A stretch of DNA of 64,000 bases, taken from Octopus sinensis (Eukaryota). Location of the stretch: NCBI RefSeq assembly GCF_006345805.1, contig NC_043011.1, forward strand, positions 24,006,464 through 24,070,463, in the 5' to 3' direction. The notes below the pieces were generated by a model that worked only from the letters and a program-made list of their open reading frames with translations, made no database searches and was not told the origin of the DNA. Below, in pieces: positions 38,501 through 49,602 of this stretch. Within the stretch, counting starts at the first letter, position 1. Each line of letters opens with the position of its first letter. Made by a program: the position numbers and the translations under genes.

Positions 38501-41500
38501 CTGAGTGGACTGGAGTAATGTGAAATAAAGTGTCTTGCTCAAGGACACAATGCACTGCTGGGTATTGAACTCAGGACCTTATGGTTGTAAGCCAAATACC
38601 TTAACCACTTGGCCGCATGCCTTCACTTTGTTAACATATTTCTCTGAAAATACAATGCCTTTTTATGAATTATTTATCTTGAAAATATTGAAGAATTTAA
38701 TAAAATAACTGCCATTATTAAAATGGTATTTGAAACCTAAATTAACACAAAAAATTTTAATGGAAAGTTTTAATTTAGATTACCTTAAACAAGAAAGACC
38801 AGACTCAGTGTCAAAAGGCTTATATTAACGGTAAGCTAACCCATTTTTGTCACTTTATATATCTCCATATTTTTGTAGCATAATTGGTGCAAGATAAGAA
38901 TATCTATTTATTTTGAAATATTCTTTTCTACTCTAGGCACAAGGCCCAAAAGGTCGATTAGATTGACCCCAGTACACAACTGGTACTTAATTAATCGACT
39001 CTGAAAGGATGAAAAGCAATTCTGCCAGCAAACTAAAATTTGACCATACACCATTTTATTTCAAATAACTTTTTTACATTAGTTTTATCCTATGTTAGTA
39101 TGGGTTGGAAGATTATTCAAATCTTGATATTTGCATGACTCGCTGGAATTAGAAATGATAAATTTCATATGTATGCATGTGTATATATATCCACATGTGT
39201 TGTCACATCAGTAACCATCTTACTGAAAATAGCTGTAGTCTGTGTTGTATAATTTTAATTATTTCTCTCTATATTCGCAGGCATAAATTGAAGCCCATAA
39301 TAATGAAAGATGTACATCTTCAATGTGTTATAGCAGTTAATAATTTCAACAGGGAAAAGGTCCAAAATAACTGTCTTATTTTAATTAAAGCAAGGTTAAT
39401 TGGCAGACCATAAACCAAGTTTTGGTTAAGAAAATTAAATGAGAATATGAGATCTTGCAAATTCCAGTAAGATGAAGATAATGGTGATGATAAATTTCAT
39501 GATAGAAATTTATCATATATTTTCTAATATTCATTTGATGCAAAATTTATATCCTGCAAACCAACAAAAACACTATGAAAATAGATATATTTTTTACACC
39601 TACAAGAAAATTGATACTGATCAATGAAAATCATTTTCACCTGAAGGATTTTATCAATAAGCAAAATTACAGACCTTGAGATTCAAAGAATCTTAGAATG
39701 ACTTCAGCTGAAACCAGTGGATCCAACCCTAGCAACCATTTGCTACAACATTACTAATAAAAAATTTAAAGCTTATTTTTTTAGACAATCACAGAAGAAA
39801 TGCCTATATTTTAAGTGGATACTATCAGAGGTCCATGATCCAAGAAATTTCCATTTTCCAAGTTCAAAAGTTCAATGTTTCTATATGGTTACACACAAGA
39901 CAACACACAAAAGACATATTCCATTAAAATAATAGCTATATGTTAATATACATGTATATTTCACATACTAAAGAACAGTATTGTTTCAAAAATCGATATT
40001 TATCAATAAGGGACATAGAAAAAAACTCACAAAAAAAAAAAAAAAAAAAACTCACCTCAGATTTCTGAGCACAAAAGAAACAGACATTTGCATTAATTTT
40101 TTATGTCTTATGTAACAATGATATTAATGAACTAAAGAATCGATTCTCATACAAAGTTTGTGTTTTCCTATCATTTTCTAAAAGTTACCAACAAAACAAA
40201 TAATGTAGCAATCTTTGTTGTCTACACCTCAATCAATGACCAAAAAAAAAAAAAAAAATTCTATCTATGGTATATGTTTGTCTGAGATAGCAAACATCTC
40301 ATCTAAAACTTCATATTCTAATGGAAAAAAAAAAGACCAAGATAGAATGAACATATGATATTGAGAAGAATTTACCACAATTCAGTTACCAAAATCTTGG
40401 CTTTAGCAAGACAATAGTGACAACAGTAATGACTTTTCACATCAGCACAGGTCTATAAATTGAGAGAGAAAGAGAGAGAGGATATTGCTGATTGAATTAA
40501 ACTTGGCATTATTTCACGTTATTTTTATTGACTCAGAAGTGATGAAGGCAAAGTTAACTCCAGTGGGATTTTAAACACAAAATGTAGAGAAATGACACCT
40601 GAATTTAAAAACTGCTAGATATTGAATTTATTACTCTCTTTTTTTTCTTTTTATTTCAGCTATTACCTCACCTTAATTCTAGTAATGATGATAAACTAGA
40701 GTTAATTTGTTCTTAAAATGCAAATGACAATTATTTTGACAACTTTTAGATGAGCACAGAAGCACCTGTGCAATTATATTTCACTTAAGTCATATGAAAT
40801 GAAGTACAAAAGCAAAATTAGGTAAAATTCACAGTAATGGAGTGAATTATTTAGAAATTATTTAGAATAAAGCTATGCTAAATTTTCCAGACATGTATCT
40901 TTCTCCTATACTATATTTCAACCAGTTCATTCTACTATAATCATCATGTGTGATGTGAAGCATTTATGTCACTGCTTAAACTGTTAGACAAAAATCTCAC
41001 CCAACTGTCTTAGAAAAGGGAAAGAAAGACATATTGGATAATGAAATAAAAAGGATGGACATGATTGGAATACTTTTGATCAAAATTGACTCTAGGCTAA
41101 ACAGCAATAACAATCTTTGGGTTGTTTGGACACCAAAATTTCCTTTCTAACAATTTTTACCACATTTAACCATTAACAGACTATGACATGTAGGGGTAAA
41201 GGATATTGAAACTCAGTGTTAGAGTTCAAGAGAGCTGCAAAACCTTAGGTTAAAGATTAAACACAACTAAAGATATGCTTAAATGTAGGAGTCAGATCCC
41301 TAAATATGACTGAGACTAAACTGATTCAAACATACTATAAAATGAAATGATACAAATAAAAAGAAGAGGTTAATAATCTGAAGTGGTCATATTAAGCTAA
41401 TGATAACTCATCTTAATAGTGCATATATACATACGCAGATAGATATACATACATACACACATATACATACATACATACACACTGTAATTTACATATATTT

Positions 41501-44467
41501 ATCTGCTTAGATATTGAAAATAGTTAGACTGTGAGACTGAAAATGATGAAAGGGGAAAAAGAACCACAGCAAACAAATTGATTAAAGATGAAAAGATCAG
41601 CTTTATGTTTTACAACAACAACATGAAAAAAAAAAATTACTATTATTACTCTAACCAGAACTTATATATTAACACATAAAAGGGGAAAGAGCAGCACTAG
41701 TATCAGATATTCTATTTGATGCTAATATATGAAGTGGCAATTTATTACAGCAAAATTACCTTATTGGATGAATAATTAAGCCTGTAAATCACTTTCTCCA
41801 GAAATTGTGAGAAACTAATACTGTTCATATGATTGATGACTTCTTATCAGATGTAGGAGTGAAGAAATATAACTGTCATACAAATGAGGAAAATATTTAT
41901 CTCAATAACAAAGTAGGTAGAGTAATGAAGTAGTTATAATTAAAAAGGTACTAACCCAACCAAAGACACGTCCGCCAAGTGCTACCATCAATAGTACCAG
42001 GAGCCAAACTGATGCAGATGCAATAGGCAACATAGGTACAGTCATCCGACTGACTGTTTCTGTGAATCTCCAATGCGGGAATCCATGAACATGATCAATA
42101 CCATCAGTAATCTGCCAGAATTCAAACCTGGGTAAAAAAAAAAAATACTTAGAAACATGTTGCTTTACTGAAATAAATATATTCATTTTTTTTTTAAAAA
42201 CTTAATCCACACAGCCACAAATTCATAGCACATTGAGAATATGACAGTCATTCTTTTCTCAAAGGCATCACTGGTATGTTTGAAATAAGTTTGAATAAGA
42301 GAATTGAAACCAGTATGTGCTGCCAGCTCAATGGAAGATTACATTTAAATCTTTTTTTTTTTTACAAGAGAAGCAGAGTAGTACTCATAACCTTGTGATG
42401 CCTTCCTGAACTGGTAAGACTGAACTGCAGATATGCAAATTAGGCATTTAGTGCAGTCTTGTCAAATGCTTTTAACAGAATGAACTATATTAAAGGCTCT
42501 CAAGGACCAGGTGATGTGTTAAACTGAGCAGCATACTTGGACTACTTTCCCCTCAACCTCCAAAATAAAATGACTAAAGAAGAACAAAATCAATTAAAAA
42601 ATACCAGGAAATAGATATATATCTATGTAAAATATTTTCATTATACATTTACAAAAAGTAGTAACTGACTTCAAAGTCGTTATGATTATTTTTATGCAAA
42701 AAGTATAATAAATATGTGTTCTACAAAAGGTACTGAATAATTCCTCAGTTTAATGTTAAATTGTTTTTATTATAACTCAACATAAAAAGAAGCGTTAATA
42801 AAATATTTTCTCAATAAAGGAATAAAGCTTATGAGGAATGTATCAAACCTATGTTCAGAAATTGGCAATCAACTCTGTTGGTTACTCACTGAGAAAGATG
42901 TAATAAACAAGCACACTGCTAATTACATTAAACTAGACTCATAATTTAATGAAGTAAATTATAGAAAAGGAAGTGAAATTATACAATTATGAAGAAAATA
43001 ACATAACTGCTGGTGAAATAAAAAAGCTAAAAAAAATTAAAATAAATACAGTTAATATAATATAGAAAATATAAAAGAGTTAAAGAAATAATACTAACGT
43101 ATAGAATTCATATGCTGATCTCTTTGTCATTTCTGGCAAACCAGTTATAGAACTGCAACAAATTGAAAAATAGGTCACAAAAATACCTCTATTTCAATAT
43201 AAGTAGTAGGGAAGACAGAAAAAAGTAACACAATGTTCATTATCAAATATTGATTTCTTTTAACACTGTTGTTTATGGCACCTTTCATCTGATGAAATCA
43301 CTAATCAACCTGTAGCAGAATTATTGTAGTGCTCTAATTAGGATATGCTGGTAGGGGATAAGAGAATATCATTAGTAATGTAGTTGTAAGAAGGTTAAAA
43401 AAAAATTAAAAAATCGTGTCATCACTTTTGTGATAATATTTGGCCAACATAATTTTCTTTTTTTGTGCAGCCTTCAAAATTCCAATGACCTACAAACAAC
43501 ACACATCTAAGAGCCACGATGTAATTAAGAATTACTATGTAATTCCTGCTTTGATCCAACAGCTCAATCAATGGAACTGCTATATTATTGTGCAAGTAGC
43601 TGAGTAACCCCAAAACACATGCATCCTTAACGTAATTCTCAGGCACACTTAGTGTGACATTGTGATGAAGCTAACCTTTTGAATTACAGCTCTAGTTCAT
43701 CCAATGAGCTTCCACACAGTTTTTGCTAAACTAATTTCACTCAAGAATATATAGTAGAAAATACTTGCTAGAAATGTTATCACAGTGAGGTTGAAACTAA
43801 ACCCTTCTCCCATGACTGAGAAGTGAAATTCTTAACCATCCATTCATGCCTGTTGCTATATAAAATAATACTTAAGAGTTCCGTTATAAAATAAAGCATA
43901 CACATAAGGAAATCTTACCTTACAACACCTGGAGAACAGTAATTTGTATTCCATGAATTGTCACAAGTTCCCCATAAATATGGCTGCTGAGCTACAGATA
44001 TGAACATATAACTTGCCACCTCTGCTACGACAGGACCTTGGTATATACAAATTAACATTAAATGCACTAATGCTGCAATGCCTACACCTGCAGAAATAAA
44101 CAAAAACAAAAAAAATAAGAAACATTTGTATAAAAAGTGAAGCATCAAATTTCACAAAAAACTATTTTGGTATTGATTAAACAATATATATATATATATA
44201 TATATATCAAAATAAACAACAAGAATAACTTCGGTAATTTGGTACGATCGTTTCACGCTACATCATTTTATTAAATATTGTGTATATATATATATATGTT
44301 TTATTATTCTCAAACAAGAATATTGTGACAGTGATTTAAAAGTTTCTGGACTGCCTGGTGATGGCTTAGCAGGCCAAAACATTGAAGTCACTGTCAACAA
44401 CATTCTTGTTTAGTCCATCAGGTTAATATAAAATTGTTTTTATTACAACTGAACGTAAAAACAAACA

Positions 44468-44508
<41 letters not shown>

Positions 44509-45175
44509 GGTTGGCCAAAAGTCACCTGACTGAAGATCAAAATTCCATAAATACTATCTAATTCTGTATTGACTCGAATGGAAAAATGTGTCACTCAATA
44601 AGGACTTCATTTTGAACGATTTTCATGATGCTTCATATTTAGATGCTTTTATTAAATTCATTCAATTGTAAAACATAAATAAATCTTGGAATTAAATGGT
44701 TTTGATTTACTATCAGGTGACTTATGGTCAACCCTGTGTGTATATATCATCATCATCATCATCGTTTAACGCCCGTTTTCCGCGCTAGCACGGGTTGGAC
44801 GGTTTCGACCGGGGTCTGGGGAGCTCGGGACTGCCCCAAGCTCCAGTCTAGTCTGGCAGTGTTTCTACAGCTGGATGCCCTTCCTAACGCCAACCACTCC
44901 GCGAGTGTAGTGGGTGTTTTTTACGTGCCACCTGCACAGGTGCCAGAGGGGTCTGGCATCGGCCACGTTCGGATGGTGCTTTTTATGTGGGGGGGGGGCA
45001 GAAATAAAGGGAAGCACCAGTGGGGAGGGGTGGTTCAGAGAAATGATGACAGGTTCTAGGCAAGTAGAACGTAGGATATCGAGAGAGGGGTAATGCATGG
45101 TGAAATAGCGTATTGAAGAGGGGGGGGGGTTCGAAGAGTAGACACCTATAATGGTAGTGGAGAAGCGACATCCGG

Positions 45176-45222
<47 letters not shown>

Positions 45223-45841
45223 TCCGTAATAATGAAGGGTGAAATTAATTAATTTGGAATAATTATCAATTACACCAAGTAGTCTTCGGCATGTAAAAGC
45301 CTCATTCGAGGAAAATTTAAGTAATACTAAGCAATAAAGGGTTTAGCAACGAATTGCCTTACCACATACCGAATTTAGAAATAGCAGTCAAAGAGTTATA
45401 GCTATTTCTTCTATTGCTAAACCCTTTATTGCTTAGTATTACTTATATATATATATATATATATATATCTATATAAACGGCAGTTTGTCTGTGTATGTTT
45501 CTGTGTGTCTGTTTGGTTGTACCCTCACCCTGACCACTGCTTCCAACCGATTCTGATGAAACTTGACACACACATAGCCCAATGTCATAATTCAAAACTA
45601 ACGAAAATTTTGAAAAGTTCCCCCAGTTCTGAAAAAAATCGATAAATTCGACATGGGGTCGAGAATCAGAAATACAAACCACAGACTGTCTAGGGGACGC
45701 AACTCGACCTTTTTTAACTCTTAAAAAAAAATTTACCATCATTTTTTCCCCATTTTTTTGCTATTTTTTGGCTATAACTCTCTAAAAATGCTTTATAGTT
45801 ATTTCCCTTACAAACCTGAGCAACGCCGGGCGATACTGCTA

Positions 45842-45880
<39 letters not shown>

Positions 45881-45889
45881 CATACACAC

Positions 45890-45925
<36 letters not shown>

Positions 45926-48918
45926 ACTACATAAATAATATTTTTCTAAACACACCTGAAAGGTTTTGCAAATTATGGAGAGAAAGCTACTATGGAAGGC
46001 TTATAGTATAGTAACTGTATATAATATATATCATAGTGATGTATATTCTCTGATTTTGAATTGACAATTTTTGAATATAAATAAATGACTGAAAAATGAT
46101 GAGCTAACCTCAGGCTGAGTAGAACACACAAATCGATGCTTTCATGGCTCCTTGCGAATCTAGTTGGCCAAACACTCACCCATCAATTTCAGTAATATAT
46201 ATATATATAATATATATATATATACTGGCTTCAACCCTTGCAAACTTACACATGTCCTCAGCATTCACGGGCCATGTTTCACTGCCATGTAGCATGGCTG
46301 TTTGCACACATGCGTCATACAGTCTACCTTTTACTCTGAGTGAGAGGCCCTTTGTCACCAATAGAGGTAGGAGCTCTCTGAACTTTCCCCAGCCTATTCT
46401 TATTCTAGCAACTACACTTTCAGAGCATCCACCCCCACTACTGACTTGGTCACTTAGGTAACAGAAGCTATCAACTACTTGTAGTTTTTCCCCCTGGAAT
46501 GTGACGGAAACTGTCTTCTGCATGTTTTCAGTGTTTATTACTCCTGAGCATTTGCCACATATAAAACTATCTTCCCAGTTAAGCCTTCCTTTGATATTGC
46601 TGCACCCCTTATGTGTCCATATATATAAATTAACAGAATGAGATGAAAATCCAAGGCTGTGAAAGATTTCAGAACATTTTCTGGGATATTTTATATAACC
46701 CTTCATTGGAGATGGGGTCAGAAAATGGTTAAGCAATAGTAATTCTAGATAAGATATGAAATAGAGATTGAAGTGGAGGGATGAAAATAGATGTGAGATG
46801 CATGTGATTGCATGAAGGTTTGTTTTTTTAATTCCTTTTCATTTTAAAATCAAAATCATGGAAATTCTTTGGCAATTCAATCACAACGTTCTAATTATAA
46901 AAAAGAAGGAAGGAAACTAATACCAATAACAAAAACAACTATTTGTCAGTTACAGAGTGGACTGCACAGGTTTGATTTTTCTGAAAAATTAATCATGTAA
47001 AACTATATGACATTATGTTTAAAATACAGTAAAGTATTTTTTAGATTAACATGAGAATCTGGTGCAGGGGTGAGAGCACTGTATGGTATTGTAGTTCGTT
47101 GTCTCAAAGAGCTATGTCTGAATTAAACAATTTATCTGGCTACTGTCAATGCATAAGTAAAGTTTTCTATGCTTACATCTGCTTTGACTTTTATAACATA
47201 CTAAATCACATTTTCACAACATGTCAAACGACACATATATATATTCATTCATTGGCTTGTTAAACAATGAGTGAGCAGCTTGTGGTTGCTAGACCTGCCA
47301 AAAATCTCCTTCAAATCTCACCCAACTTTTTAAAAAATTTAGAAGAGCATGGAACATAGAGTCCTGGGAGCTACCATAGTATGAAAGAGAAAAAATAAAT
47401 GGAATAAGAGAGGTCTCATAGGTCAGCCGAATCAGGATTAACCAATGGTTTTAAATAATCAACATGCATTCACATGTGCACATCAAAATTTACCCAATTC
47501 AACAACATAAATTGTTTTCTAAAAGAAACCTTGATCAGACATCACCTAATGAATTATGAATTAGTACATATATGAATTATGAGTAATCAGTGCAAAAGAC
47601 AAGGGTGTCTAGCTCAATCAAAACTTATAGGTAATTTGATAAGAGTTATGAGATTTATAAGGAAATTTGGATACTGGCAACATTTTGTTTTAAACAAGCA
47701 GAGGAAACCTAAGTATGAAAGCAGAATAAGGTGTCTGGTGATAATGAGATTTTGTATACAAAAGTTAGGAAGCTGAAGACATAAAAGCTAGGTAATAATT
47801 ATTATTAACTGAACCATGAGGAAATGTTTGGAAAATTACAAGTTTTTGTAATTTTAAATAAAGTGTCAATCAGTGATAGGGGGTTTCAAAAATATCTACC
47901 AACAAGAGAAAAATGGCTTTTCTCAAGGGAAGAAAATTGGCAATAGTCCAATACTGGTGTAATCTTTGCAACAATAGTGCATTGGCATTTCAAAATGACT
48001 GATTATGAAAGCAAAATTTAAATTACATTAACTATAATGTCATAATGGATAGAATTCCCAAATCTTGTTATAAAAACTCAGACAGCAATAATGATCATTT
48101 GAAAGAAATTGTTCATTAAATGAGTTTATCAAACGTAAATTGAGAGTAATAATAGTATAGCTACAAGCTTTTGTAAATTCAAAAGAAATCTGGATACTTT
48201 CTGTATTTGTGATTAGCAGAGAATCTTTATTCACAAAACTAGAGATATACAATAAAAATAATACATTAAATTCAACCAGTCTTTGAAAGGGTATTATTAG
48301 ATATGCTGCCTCTCCAGGTTAAAAAATAAAAGAAAAAGGTTAAGGATAATATGAGCTTGGTTCTGTAACTCCTGATAATAGGAGGCACTAAAGTAAAAAC
48401 TTTCATTTCTTGCAATATTAAGAACCAATTTCACTTCAGGCAATATTTGGGGGAAAATTTGGCCTCACCACAGTAAAATAATGGAACCAGTTCAATAAAT
48501 CAGTGAATAAGCAACTTCTGTAATGAATTAGAAGTCTGTGATTGGTAACTAGTACAACTAGGTTAAAAAAAGCTAGTAGTGATTAGAACATAAACTACTA
48601 ACCCTTTAGCCAGTAAACTAAAATCACTCTGAATCAGCCAACTACAACCTTTCTCAGAACAGATCAGTGGATAAGAAGAAAGATTATGCTACACAACTGA
48701 AGCAGTTCAGAAATAAGCAATGCAGGAATGAAAATAATTTTAATTCTTAGCTTTACTTTAGATATTCTGCTGTAAAGCAGCAAAATCATTGATTTGTTAT
48801 CCTGCAGTGTAAATCATATGGAAACAAATTCTAAAAATAAGTAAACAGATAGCACTTTTAAAATCACAAAAGTGCTATTAATTATTTGGGAAGCATTATA
48901 GAGAAAATTGTCTAGTTT

Positions 48919-48954
<36 letters not shown>

Positions 48955-49555
48955 AAAGAGGGAGAAAAACAACAAATTAAATAAAAGATAATTAAAAATT
49001 TTACAAGAAAACAGAACACACACAATATTCAAACTTGAAATTTGTTTAATTATATTTTACCTGTGAAAAAAAACTTCATTGAAGAAAACCTATTTTTTTT
49101 TGTGTTTAAAAAGCCAGTCTCAAATTAAAAAAGAAAATGGAAGTTTATAAGTATATTAATATTTCTTACTTCTTCATTTCAAATACAAAACTCTTGATGT
49201 TAAAATAAATTCAGAATAACATTTTGTTGATAAAGGAAAATGGTAAAGTCAGTCGAATTAATCTATTACATGACTGGTATTTATTTCATCACTATTAGAA
49301 GAGGAAAGACAACTTATGGGACTAAGTATCTTAGTCTTTCATACTTTTACTTGTTTCAGTAATTTTGACTGTGGCCATACTGGAGCACCACCTTTTAGTT
49401 GAAGAAGTCGCCTGGACTTATTCTTTGTAAACCTGGTACTTATTCTATCAGTCTCTTTTGCTGAACTGCCAAGTTACAGGGACATAAACACACCAACATT
49501 AGTTGTCAGGTGATGGTGGGGGAACAAACACACAAATATACATACATATATATAT

Positions 49556-49602
<47 letters not shown>

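Noticed and set aside
45552-45562. CTGATGA motif (also at ~43269)
   Set aside because: No stem II/GAAA/NUH arrangement follows; at 45552 it is internal Helitron sequence.
48040-48252. ORF ending '..[10 protein letters not shown]', resembling the SLC6 TM2 exit
   Set aside because: It ends in a stop with no donor; the true TM2 exon is at 50038-50172.
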